Assembly (NCBI GenBank): GCA_030141605.1
Contig: JAQGDQ010000110.1
Span: forward strand, 496,001 to 560,000
DNA from: Tubiluchus corallicola
Lineage: Eukaryota; Animalia; Priapulida
DNA length: 64,000 bases
Direction: 5' to 3'
Notes under the pieces: generated by a model
Told to the model about the DNA's origin: nothing
Databases searched by the model: none
Seen by the model: only the letters and a program-made list of their open reading frames with translations
Program-made: the position numbers and the translations under genes
Shown: piece by piece, positions 12,264 to 25,800 of the stretch
How the letters are laid out: each line of letters starts with the position of its first letter
Position numbering within the stretch: the first letter of the stretch is position 1

Positions 12264-12502
12264 TAGGGGTGAGCATCGAACATGTTAGATATAGACATAG
12301 ACAGAGCACGATTTCTATATCGAATTTGTAATTCGTAATTTGTAGACTGCTTTTTATTTATGATTTGAAAATTTGTTTAAAAACTTTAAACTGAATTCAA
12401 ATTCAACATGGATTCGAAATAATGAAATCCAGTTTGATTTGAGTTCAAAAGTCAAAAGATTCGATTCGAATTTGCTTTTTAATAGAGAATGCTCAACCCT
12501 TA
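12264..12502. mobile_element. MITE with short TIRs and internal TTCGAA subrepeats
   Basis: TAGGGGTGAGCAT...ATGCTCAACCCTTA inverted ends; repeated ATTCGAA/TTCAAA motifs inside. Confidence 0.45.
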
Positions 12503-13299
12503 ATACTGGTGAGAGTGATGGAATAAACCAAGTGCCTGCATCAAAGTGCACGGACGGTTTAATGAGAAACGAATGTGATATAGTTCATTTTGGTTGTGTC
12601 CTCATTGCTCAAACCTAATAAACATTATTGAAACCTTAAATTCTTAATTAGATTATAGATAATTAACAAATTAATGGGGGAAAGTTTCAGGTCGAAATTA
12701 ATCAAAACAAAAAATACCTAATTGGTTAGAATCACTCTAGCATAACAACACATTGAAAATGCTAAACTAGCCCAGTCTAGTTTATCATCTTGAAATTAGT
12801 CTGTTCTGACCATTGGGGAACATGTTAGTTTAAGCAATCATGGAGTCTGTCTTGTAAGCAGAAGGTGTCTGGTTCAAATACAAATTGCACATCCAGTTTT
12901 TTAACATTTCTTGTTTGTGCAAACTTGCAGTAAACTGTGTTGCAGAATCGTGAGTTACGTGCTGATCTTCTCAAGTCTCTCTATACCCCTCAATACTACA
13001 GGTTTTGTGAAATGCATAAATGTGATAAATTCAGATCTCTCACGATTCATTGACCTTGATAACGGTAATAAAGTGTCATAGTAACAGAGCAAGCATTTCA
13101 ATATTGTTAACTTGTAAATCTGTTCATACTTATGAAAACCCTCTGCATAGTCTACTTGCCTGTTTGCATCTGTCTCTTGTGAACGCAAGCCGCTTGGTAA
13201 AGAGTAACTTCCTGTGAACGCTCTGCAGACACGATATTATAATACTTAAAAGTTAAGAGTCACTGACCTTACCACTGGAAGTACGCTAGAAGCTGTTAC

Positions 13300-13587
13300 T
13301 CTAGCCAATTAGATTGTAGGATGTGTTAGTATGTGTCTTATATTACTGCACCTAAACCCAATCAACAGCAACTTGGAAATAATGCCCATCGCCATGGTGA
13401 CTTGGCAACAGAGGCGGTTACTATGGTGACAGGACAGCAGAGGCTCGTTGCTAAGTGTTGCTAAGGATAGATATTTTTAGATGTGTGGCATGAGTTAACT
13501 AAGTTTAGCCTCAGAATTGGGGTATATAAAGAACAACGATATCAGCTGGAAGATAAGTCAGTTTGTAGACATTCATTAGAAGCCAAG
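13300..13587 (+). promoter_or_regulatory. Peroxidasin promoter and predicted short non-coding first exon
   Basis: CCAAT boxes (~13305, ~13358), X-box-like motifs 13388-13470, TATATAAA 13523-13530, Inr-like TCAGTT 13558-13563, donor AAG|gtaagc at 13587/13588, acceptor tttag|caATG at 13876. Confidence 0.55.
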
Positions 13588-13878
13588 GTAAGCCTAGTGT
13601 TGAGATGGAGGAGTGATTGCAGGGCCGCTGTTGGGGCGGCGAACGGCGCGGCGAGTTTGCCAAACTGCAATCAGCTTCTGAACTGCTGCAGTTGTCTGCT
13701 GCTGGGAAGTTGCTGCAGCTGCTGTCTGTTCTGTTGGCTAACCGGCAGTGTTATCTCTAAGGGTGTGAGCGTTTCGTCTTACTCGGTTTTAGACGTTTTA
13801 GATTGCTAGTAACGTAGGCAGTGAAACCGCCTGTTTACTGAAGTTGCACAGTTTCGTTTATCTCTACTCAATTTAGCA

Positions 13879-16800
13879 ATGTCACCAAATTGCAGCTGTT
13901 TACTAGTCGTGATTTTGGTGATCAGTATTCACATTTTGCCAAATTTTGCTGAAACGTGTCCTCGAAAATGCCTCTGCTTCAGCACAACGGTTAGATGCAT
14001 GTTTCTGCAACTTGATGAAGTCCCAATAGGTATTCCGGAATCAACGACAATACTGTAAGTTTGCTTAGTGTTAATCGTTAATTTGGCAACTAGACAAAAT
14101 TATTGCTAAACTTGCTATACTTCTTGTTAAACATGTAATAAATACTTGACAGTTTACAAACACAAACAAACGAGATTTGCAATGCCTTTTAGTATCAAAC
14201 AAACAAGATTTGCATCTTGTTAAAGCGTTTCAGTATCCATTATGTTTTTTATTTGGTAAATAGTTATCGCAATAATTATCGAGTAATTTGTTGTTAGTGT
14301 CACAGTCAGTTAAGTCATCTTTGAATTCCCATTTTGTCAAAATATTAAACGAAATTAAAGAATAGTCTTGTTTGTCATTAGAAGTACAGTGTTGATAATG
14401 AACTGTGATAAAACAGAATTAATAAACGCTTATGCATACTCAACAAATTTTAACCTAATGGCTACACTTCACAAAAATAGGAATTAAGGTGCTGAAAACT
14501 TGTGAGCCAACGAGGATTCAAACCCCGAATCTTCTTACCATAAGTCGCACGCTCTTTCATTAATTTGCATTAATTTGTTTAATTTTCAGCCTTGAGTTTT
14601 TCTTTGGTCACTGTAGTGTATTAAATTTTTCACTAGTTTGCATTCAAGGCCGGTCTTAAGCCAGACAGATTTGTTCAAATTGCGCCCCACGTCAAGATAG
14701 GTCCCCGCGCACACACTCAAGCGGAGGACGCTATAATGAATTAATCAGTGTCGCGGTGTGCACGAAGTTTGGAAGTTTCTTGATACAGTGAGGGCGTTAA
14801 AACTATTCAGTTTGTCCTCGTATATGTATGTTTCTATGTTCTTATGCTGAATGTTTGTTTACTTGTTTTGTAATTGCAGCTTACCTTCTTAAAAATCTTA
14901 AATATTTAAACCCTGAGATTGGCGTACTATACGTAGCGTAAACGACGAATCTTCAGTTTTTGTTGGCTAAAGGACCCACTAATAATTTTCTAAATGGGCC
15001 CTGCTGCACTTCCTAGCGTCGGCTGTGTTTGCATTTTGCACTACTTGTTTTGTATTGGCTCGTTCCATTGCACTCATTGAAAACTTTAGTGTTGGATAGG
15101 CTTGGGGGAGATAACGTTAAATGAATACTGCAGATGGAGTGAAGTTTCACAGACTAATTAGATTTTTTGCCAAAATTTTGTATTTCGAAACCTAGAAGGA
15201 TAAAAGTAGCGCAAATAAATGGTAAAAAAACTTATCAAGTAAGTGCAACGCGCTTCAACAAATATGACTTTGTAGCAAGATTCCTGTAATTATACCAGAT
15301 TGTTTTTTCTTGAACAGGCATTGCTTTTCTAAATTAGATGCTATTTTTAGTATTTTGGGCCACAAAGCAAGGATTGTTGCGGTTTTTGTATAATAATAAC
15401 GTGGTTTTCGTACGTCACAGTCTAAACATCTTAAATAGAATGTATTAAATTACAACAGACAAGGGTGAAATTTGGTCTTGTTTATGTCTGGTTGCCTAAC
15501 ATGCAGGATAAATGGCTGTTGTGTATCGGTATTTTCTGCCTCCATTGCAAAATTTTTTCAAAGTTAGTGTTGCCGACTAGCTTGTGTAAGTCATTTAGGC
15601 AAGTCATTTTTCTATGGACTTCTTCTCTATACTGCTATACTATATGTAAGTATCAACCACTGACGGTTAATACAAAATAAAATGTAGTTGAAACAATAAT
15701 GAAATTAAACTCTGTTGTCCGCCAACTGCCTCTGTCCGGTCTAATGCGCACTTGCCATGTTTATGATTACATTGCAAGTGACCACGGTAACAAAATTTAT
15801 CATGTTACACACGGCTAGAGAACCTATGAAATCCGATTATATCATACATTAATTTACTGCTTTAAACGAATAATAAGTTATAGTCACGTTATAATCTTTA
15901 GTTTATTGTAATTACAATACATAGCTTATAAGTTGTGACACAACGATGATACGCGCTTTTATAATCTGATCTGCATTTTCATGTGACCAGGCAGTTAGGC
16001 CTATAGTCACAAGAAGAACAGCTAGGACTTAGGACTTCCAATTTGCACCATAGTTTAGATTCACAGTTACACTGTTAAAATTAGGTCTACTCCAGCTACA
16101 GTCTCCCAAAAGGAAGTCAAATCTCCTTGTTAACTCTGATTAACTGAGTATAATAAACTTCTATGAGGCTTAATTACATGTTTAGTATAATAATTATAAC
16201 TATATTATTATTAATACATGTACCATAACAGTTTATCATTGCGGTATAGTGCCGTATGAGTTTGACAGCTTTGTACATGTCACGTCCAGGATTGTCTTAA
16301 TTAAAAATTTTGGTCGCAGTATTGATTCTCGGCACATCATAGGCCTATTGTTGATAAATATTATTGGACCTTGCTGACGAGGTGTGGTACTAGTGGTAAA
16401 GGCAACATTGTGGAAAAAGATGTTACAATAGGGATTCGATCTGCCAGTTAAGGCTACACGCTATTAGTAATTATTCAGCGTGCTAAGTCTGGCGGCCAAA
16501 TGCCGAAAGAAACAAGGCAATAATAAGCCAACAAGAAAATAATTTCAAATTCTTAGTGTAAACTTTTCCGACCGGTGTTACAATTTTCAACCCTAGTTGG
16601 CTTTCATGACAACTCGGGCCAATAACTTACATGGTTTGGTGCTACTAATTCACTAAATTTAGGTTGCTCATTTGAACGTTAGAAAGTTATTTGAGGAATA
16701 GTTGGGAAGGGTTGGAGTAGATCTTTGATTCTCTCCAGGCAAGCAAATGTTGCCTCAGCAGTCAGCATTTACCTGTAGGCTTATATTGTGCAAGGATCGA

Positions 16801-19800
16801 TCAGGCCTTCACAGTTCACTGAGTAGGCCCTAAGTCTTATGTGGATGAGTGACAAGTTGAGATGAGATGTTAAAATAGATGATAGCTATATAACGCCCAT
16901 TGATGATAACACCCATTTCTGAGGATGTAGTAACAGGTAGATCCGATCTTTGGATAAAACTTTTTGTATTTTAAGTCGCAAGGAATACCTAGATTACCTA
17001 CGTGCCAGTCGAGTTTCTCACTAAGTTTTTGAGTAGAATAACTGAGGAAATTGCCTTGGCAAAATTATAATTCAGGCGCAGTAGCTACTCGAAAAACAAA
17101 AGTACAATAACCGTTTTTAAACGTATTTTTTGAAGGCACAAACTCAGGTGACAAACAGTTAGATCTTCAGTTCTACCGGTTGTCATAAATTGATAGGTTT
17201 CGAAATATGCAACCATCATTTCACTGATTTAGATCTACCAATTTGACACAGGCATTTTTACAAATTGACAGTCTGTCAGTCAAACATGAATGAAAATGAA
17301 TGAAGTAAAAATGAAAATTCATGAATGAAAATGAATGAAAAAATCTTAGAGAGAATTTTACAAAGAAAAAAGTTCTCGTTCTTTTTCCGGGTCTCCCTAA
17401 TTTGATGAACGTGATGAACGTAATTTTGGACGCGATGGACGTGATTTTGAGTATCCATTCACTAAACTGATCAACATACTCCGATGGACGTTATGGACGT
17501 CTGTTTACCATTTCGGTAGATTTGTTGGACATAATTTTTGATGCATTGGACGTAAGTTGAACGCCCTTCTATTAAACTGGTGGACCTACGTCATCTTGGA
17601 CGTAACTTCGAGCATCCATTCATTAAATTGAAGACCATTTATTATGTGAACGCAGTGGATTTACTATCGCGTCCACATTATGTTCGCCACGTCGATTCAT
17701 TTAGGATTTTCCTCGTTTACCTCCTTCAAGCATATAATATGACATGTAATTAAGGAAGGAATTTATCAATTGGAAGGCGTTCAGCGTTTGAAGTAACTGC
17801 CCGGTGTCACATAAATTAAAAAATGCTACTGAATCCATTTGTTTTTTCTACTCCAGAATTAGGAACATATGGAAGGCGTCATTTCATTTAATTAGCTAAT
17901 TGCCAACACATCTGTTGATAACACATTCTTGTTAAACACGCGATTATTACGATGTATTAAACGCTATGCACCTAAGTTATTCAACCTGTTTAAGTAAATA
18001 TGCAAAACTCGTACGAAGAACTGAAATGATTGAAATGTATAATTTTAGTTAGCTCCCTTAGGTAATAAATGTGACTTCATGTTTGGCGTTCCATTGCCGA
18101 TTCTATAGATGGTTTCACAGTCCTCTGAGTATAAAATTGTCGTCATTCACGTCTTCAGTGTCATTCACGTCTCTGGTGAAGACGGTTGTTTAAGACGGTC
18201 TCTGCAGAGGCAGTAATCACAGATGTTATCTATTGCTTACATAATCCTGCTTTACTGTCAGTATCTGTTCAATGAGGCTTCTAGCTTGTTTGTGTTTAGC
18301 TGTACGTCTTGTTTACATGCACTCAGTGAGTGAGGTTTGTAAACTGATCTGTCTGATGTGTCTATTAGCATTAGCCTCTACAGTCAAGAAACTGGGTGGT
18401 TTGCATGATATGACTGGAGCTTAAATCTTCAAGCAGGGTAACTAGCTCATTAAGGAGCCAATGATGGTTTCTGCAGTTTATAGAGATCAGGTCTACTGGA
18501 AGCGGGTGTGGTTTGGCAATTTAAATTTAGCTGAAGCAGTTCGGCTGAAAATTATGCTGTTTGTGTGCAAGAAGGGCAGAGTTTTTCTAAACTCATGAGC
18601 TGAAAAAAGTTTTAGAAAAAACATTGAAGGTTGCAGTTCACTAGTAGAATGCTTGATGCATACTGCAGCATACATGTGCACTATAATATTGCCACCATGC
18701 ATTAGCATGTATTCAAACCCTATGTATTGTATTTAGCTTTTAAAGTCTTATAGAGAAGAGTCTTATTGTATTTTGACTTTTAAACATGTCTGCTTTCAGA
18801 GCCTATCATGCCATAACTATAATCAAGTCAACTTTCACATCCTGATTTTATCTGATGGTAATTAATGTCAGGATAATAGACTTATGGATAAATACTGTAG
18901 TTCCGAAGATATTTTTAAAGCACATAGCATAATTGATTAAAAAAAGCAGTATTTAATTGGCTTTGAGTTGGCTGAGCAAAATTTGGTGAGGCATTTTGTT
19001 AACATAGTAGACAATAGAATTTAATTTAATGCAGAATGTGTGTTTATCTTGTATGTTGCTAACTCATTTGGTATGGGTAAAATGACTGGCTCACTGATAG
19101 ATTGTCTTGAAACGTTTATGTTAATGTGTTGTAGTTATTAAATGCATTTGAGTTTAAACACACGATTTTTATGTCTTTCTCTTTTTAGTGATTTACGATT
19201 CAACAAGATCACAGAAATTCAGCCAAGAGCTTTGGAGAAGTTGCACAACCTTAACACATTGTAAGTTTACTTATGAAACGGGAAACCCTCATGAAATATG
19301 ACTCTTCCCATGACTCATATCTTAGGATAAACTGATAAGTTGGTCAAGAGCCTTGTAATTAAATTAAATCTGTTGCAGATTTAATACCATACCACAATGT
19401 TAACTGTATCGATTCAATATATAGTGAACTTCGAGAAATCATCTTTAAATGCAAAGAAAACAAGAAGCCCTGTCGCTACACGACCTTTGGTTTAAGGGTG
19501 ACAGGTCACATATTAACATAAATCCCCCTACCTGGGAGTATGCCCTGTGAGTTTCGTGACCCTTACCCTGTGCTGATGTGATGATTTGTGTTGATGTGAA
19601 ATAAACAATCTCGATCTTGAGCAACCTTGATCGTGATCTTGATCTTGCACGTTTGCTAAATTTCGGCATTAATTATTGTCTGAGACGTTACATAACAGTT
19701 ATTTTATTCAACCATAGAATCAGTAAATGGGTTCTTATTGACTGTTTGACAGTCAATTTGTGGCGATAACATAAACTTCGTATTTCTGAGGTATTTTTAT

Positions 19801-22800
19801 TACAGGCTTTTAAATAACAACAACATTAGGCATATCTCAAATGGAGCATTTCGTGGGCTGCGACAGCTTCGCTACTTGTAAGTTTTTTGATTAGTTTCCG
19901 TACGTTTCAGTCCGTACATTTTCGCATATATGAGTGTTGCTTTTGTTTTAAAGCTACATCAATGATTTAGTGATATTTGCAAAAACATCTTAGCACTTCT
20001 GAAAAGAGATTTGTGACAGTAAAACGTATAATAGTGAGGGATGAAACAACATGTGCTAGTCAACAGTAACCACCATGGTCAGGTCTATAATATCCTTTAG
20101 TTAAATTAATTGGGTCATGTATTTTTCAGGTTTAATAAAAGTGACGAAATAGAAAATTTCAAAATTTAGGTTAACGTGCAATCACATTGTCAGTGCTGTG
20201 TAATAAAGTCTGGTGAAAGAATGTTTATTGAAGACCCATAGTGAGAATGTTTGCATAACTTTCACCAAGTTGTAATCTTGTCTTTTGGCGCTTGTTGATT
20301 TTATGTTAGATGATAAATTTGATTAATAATATTTTTGACGAAAAATATGAATGCATTAACCTACATACATAGTTCTTGTTAATATGCAGAAAGACCTTTT
20401 TCTGAAATGTGCCAAGATTTTTGCAATTTTGGAACATTGTGGTCATTAAAAATTAGCCCAGCTGGAAGATGTTCTGGTATGAAGTTTAAATGTAGAGTTT
20501 GAGAGCTTCATATTTTTAATGTGTTCGAAGAAAAAGAAACAATGCGAAAAGTGGCATCTAGAGGTCATAAAAAAGGCTGTGTTCATTTTTTTGATCGCAT
20601 ATATTGTCTGTCTACATCACGGTGGATTCGAATATGTTATGGTTTTGCCTAAATTGTGCAGATGGTGTTTGGTATTTTCTTTTTATGCAGACTGCTTACG
20701 TTTTAATTATTTCCATAATTTAGTACATTAATGTAGCTATAATGGTCTTTGTAGCTACAATAACTTAACTTTTTGTATGTTGTGTATTGTAACATACACA
20801 ATATGCAGATAGTCTGTTGTATTCTGCAGCCTGTGCAAAGTAGACCTATCCACTACTTCTTCAAACATATTCGACCCACATGTTATATTTATACTGCTTT
20901 TACTATTAATTGAGCAAAGCTGGTTCCTATTTTATAACTGGTATTTATAGAAGATGAACTCTAACCATACCAAGACTTAGCTTGCTAGTTTTGCAGCTTG
21001 CCTGTTGTTACATTAAGCAGGAACTGAAGTGTTTAGCTGCTCATATCCATGTTTTCTTTATTTTTGCAGATACCTATACAAAAATGTCATTAAGTCTATA
21101 GAAAAAAGTGCATTTTCTAATCTGCCAAGTTTAGAACAATTGTAAGTACTTATTTCTGCATGAATTGGCCTGTGAAAAATAATATTCAATCTTTATTAAT
21201 GACCCTCAGTTCCTTTTTTCTTGTTTTACTTGTAAAAATATCCGAAAATGAAGAAAAACTGTTGTCTCACATCATCTGATAAAGAGGGACAATTTAGTCA
21301 CTTATTCACTCTTTTGTTCCAATTGATATTATTTCTTGCCATTATGAATTTACATACTAGTCTTGTTTCTATATGATTATAGTTTTTCTTATGATAGCAA
21401 CAGTTAGTTACATTGTATGTGTAAGCTTTATGTCGTTGTAAGAAAAGCTTAAGAAACATGTTTATTAAATTGTTCAGTGTTCTTTATATTGCAATGACTT
21501 TGTTGTTTTGTTTGTATTAATATAAGTCACGTCAAAAAGTGTCTTCTCTATTTCAAGGTATATACATTTTAACTCCTTGACAACAATTGATGCAGCTACT
21601 TTTTCTAACCTTCCCCAACTTGAAAGATTGTAAGTATAATTATACATATTATATGCAGTTATGGAATTAAACATTAGGCCTATGAACTACATGTATAGTG
21701 TATGTTAACTGCATATAGTTTGCCTTTATCGTGCATACTTGGCACTTCTGAACCGACTGTACATATGTTTTTCTGAGTTTGGCAACATCTATTCCATATT
21801 AATAGGTCATGCTGTTTTCCTGGCAGCTGAAATCGAGCAGAAAGAATCTATACTAAGATGTTGTGTCATTATTTATAGCTTTCTCATAACTTTACACATG
21901 TGTGTTACTGTTGGGTTTTCGGATACATATATAGTTATGGCATTTTACATGAACCATATAATGCTTGCTTATGCATTAAATAAACGTTGATCTATTTCTT
22001 ATCGTTAGCTAATGATCGTGTTGGTCGACTTACTACTTTAATCTCATATTCATAATAATTGTCAGAATTGTCAGAAACTGTGTAGAAAAGTAAAGCAGAA
22101 GTCACTGAACCATCTTTTTGTTGTTTGTGCATTTATTTTTTCTCTTTGATGTTATGAAGCTTGTTTTTTATTTTCAGATTTTTACACAACAATCAACTGA
22201 AATCTTTGCCCATTGGATCATTTTCCAGTTTGCCAAATTTACGCCGATTGTAAGTTTTCATGCATTTGTGCTTAAATAGGTATTCGTGTATAATGCTTAT
22301 GTTCTATATAGTCTTTGTTGTTCTAGAGTTGATATCCATGTTCATTTTTCATTGTATGTTGCGTATATAGTTGTGGTTAAAGCACGGATATTGCTAAGAA
22401 TTACATCAAGCTGAGAATTACAGCAAGTCACAGGCCTACATTCTTTGTTGTTGTGGAAACCTAGCTGCATCTTAGCAATATTTAATGGTTGTCCACTAAT
22501 TGTCAGGCAACTTCTCCAAAAGAGTTGGCCTGAGCCTAGACAACAACCAAGACTTCTCTGTTAAATTGGTAACTCACTTCGGGTCATCACTAGGTTAGTA
22601 GTTAATAGTCATACGAAAAGAGTCATTTCTAACTTTCTATAACCTCTATAAAGAACTTTTTTAAAGAAGAGGTTTTGAGAACAAGGTTATATAAACAGCC
22701 TTGTGCATTTTGTTTTGAATTAAGTGCAGTTATGACATAAGTTATGTACTTTCGGTAACTCAGCATAACTTTCGTTGCCCTAGTTTAGTTTACACTTAAC

Positions 22801-25800
22801 AGCTGAGTTACGGGTATCAGTCTCTTTCTCGCTTCAAGTAATATAAACAACAGGTGTTTTTAACTGGGCAGCAGAAGTGAACCAGTTGTTTATAGGCTTG
22901 TATTCACTGTGAGGAGATCTGGTGTCTAGGCATGCGTGATGAATAATTGTCCGTAGCGATTGCAATATTATATGAACTGTGGGTAGTGGTTTCTTAACAT
23001 ACATGTGATTTTATCACATTTAGTATAATTGTAGATAGATTTTATTTCGATAGGACACAGGTTATGTTCTTTGTTTTCAAGCTTGACCTGAAGTGCACTA
23101 TATTGTTGGTCTCACTATTGTTGCCTGTTTGATTACTTGTCCACTTGTTTGGCAGTCTGCCAATATGACATTCTAAATTTAATATAGCTAATACTAATGG
23201 TGAAACCAATAAACTGTTATTATTATTACTTGTGTATGCTCATGTGAATTAAGGTGAATAAGGTGTTTTCTATTTGAAATAAACATGGAGGTGAAAGGTC
23301 AAACAAGGAGTCAGGGATTGGTTTAAAGTTAGCAAATGGTGGTACCGGTGTCATCTAATCTGGAGCTCTGTTCACTATCTTACTCTCCACATAGCAGGCA
23401 TATGGAGGTGAAAAGTTAAAGGTCAAGGGTCAATGTCACAGTGAAGCAGATATTGTATCTTGTTGCTATAATAATATGGCATATAATTTACTTAAATTGT
23501 TGTGATATTCTTCTTGTGGAGTTTTTAAAAATTAGTTGTCAAATTCTAGTTGAAATATTCATGAAATTGATTTATTTGCTGGTCTCATTAAGATCTGGAT
23601 CAGATTAGTGTGATTTAGTGAATTATTCACTGATTTATTTGCAGTTAAATTGTTATTGTCAATTTAAATAACTCGAGTTTTTACAAGCCAACATTTCTGC
23701 GTAAGTTTGGCAGTTATTCTTATGACAGTATAATGCATAATGTTATAAGTTATTGCAAGACTGTAACGTTTCAATTCAGATTTAAAATATTTTTGCAAGT
23801 TGATTTATATTCTAAGTTAGTAACAAGTTCACTTTTTTCAGACGTTTAGACTCAAATCCTCTTGTTTGTGACTGCAATTTACTATGGCTTGCGAGGTTTT
23901 TAAAAGAAAGACAACTACATACTCAGTCAGCAGCAACGTGCAGCTATCCACACCATCTACAAGGAGAGGACATAACTACTGTGGCAACTCAGGACTTTGC
24001 ATGTGATACATTAAACAGCGCGTCCAGTAATATAGGTAATAATCACTTTAACACTGAGAGTTTTAGGAGTGAGGGTACTAGTGTGATGTGTGAAATTTGT
24101 ATGTGTATAAAATCTTGCAATTGTTTAGTATTATGTAAATTGTAGGGTCAGCAGCAATGAAGATTGTTATTAATGCTGATGCGCTTCTTGTTGAAGAACT
24201 TTTGTAGTGTTTTTCTTGCGAGTGCATGCAGATGCTGCTTTTAAAAATCTGAGTGCTGTTGCCCTTTCTTCGTCTCCTTTAACACAACAGCTTCATGTTT
24301 GTAAATCTTATATTTGTGTTTTGAGAGGAGAAAAATAAACTATGTTTATGACTTGCGTATGTCTGCAAGTGATGTCGTACCATTAAGGGAAAGAACAGTC
24401 AGGATGCTGTCATTTTATTTTAACAGGTTCCCTTGTGGTACGGAACTTCAGTAGAGATTTAAAGAAAGCAAACATCATTCAAACTTCTTTTGTATTATTA
24501 TTTAGAACACTCATACGTGTGTTTTCTTTACATTTTTGAAATTTACATCTGCTTGAGTTGTTTATATTAGGTTGGAAAATTAGAGACTAACATCTGTTGG
24601 CTCTAATTTTCTAAGTTCTCAGAAATAAACACATTTTTTGGATATTTTTGTTTATGACGATGTATGACATTTATGAATTTGTATTATATAACCTTAAGAA
24701 AGATTTAATGTAGCCAGAATAATTTACAAGCAAAGCAACGTACAGGCTCTGTTATTTGCTCATGTTATGTGCCATAAACACTATTTTTTGCTCATTTTAT
24801 TTTCTTTAATTTGTCTATTAACTTTTAAAATTATAGATTATTTTGATATTCTTTTAAAATAGGTAGAAAACTGTAACTGTCATGAGCAATTGTTTGTAGA
24901 TTTCCATTATTGCATAGCAGAAATCTTAAAAGAAAAATAGATTTCCTTAACCCATATTATTCCCATGTGTTGAGCAAATGCACACTTTGTTTAGAGAGAC
25001 CAGTGTTTGTTGCTGAACCAGATAACACCGATGTGCAGTTGGGCCGTAATGTATTTCTGCGGTGTCTTGCCGAAGGAACACCACAACCTGATATACGATG
25101 GCTTAGGAACAGGTTTGTTCTTGTTATGACATGTTCTGTTTGTTTTTCCGTAAAATCTGTGAATTAAATTATGCAGGCTTTGTCTTCACACTTTCATTTC
25201 AGATCTACCAAACAATGAAATCATAATGAATTACACAATTATTGTTTGCTTTTAACTGTGGTGGAGCTACTTTATGTGATTGTGGTAGGAACAGGACCTA
25301 GTGTATTATCAAGGATTGTTTTGTGAGATGTTATAGTGAAATGGCAAAGGGGTCTTATGCAGCCATATTTAGATGCATGTAGTCCTCCGTCAACAAGACG
25401 AATTGACTCGGACAGTTTGGCAGATAAGATTACCTACCAGTGATTTTCCTAGCATTTACCCATGCTTTTAATGACTATGTCTAGTGTTGCTTAACTTTTG
25501 TCATTAAATGCACACATGACCACTTTATTTCCCACGCCCAGTTAAAGTGTTGGCCAGTATTAACACTGGATCGTCGTCAACAATTCTTAATGTGGTCACT
25601 TGTAGACTAAACTGACAGTGAATAAGTAATTTAATTTTGTTTTGCAATTTTATTGACATAATTACTTTTTCTGTAGTATTGAAATCAATCCTGCTGAGTT
25701 GGCATCATTTAGTCGCTTCAGTGTGCTCCCTGATGGGACATTAAGAATCTTGGACACTCAGGAATCTGATCAGGGTTACTATGAGTGTGTGGCAACGAAT

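Noticed and set aside
12825-12895. tRNA-like sequence (GTCTTGTAAGCAG...GGTTCAAAT)
   Set aside because: No cloverleaf or acceptor stem; at most a degraded SINE head.
13483-13809. 108-aa Cys-rich ORF over the peroxidasin promoter
   Set aside because: No ATG start, spans the TATA box and predicted first intron, and its Cys content comes from CTG/TGC repeats.
17276-17700. ATGAA and TGGACGT short repeats
   Set aside because: Irregular spacing with no constant repeat-spacer structure; likely subterminal repeats of an old DNA element.
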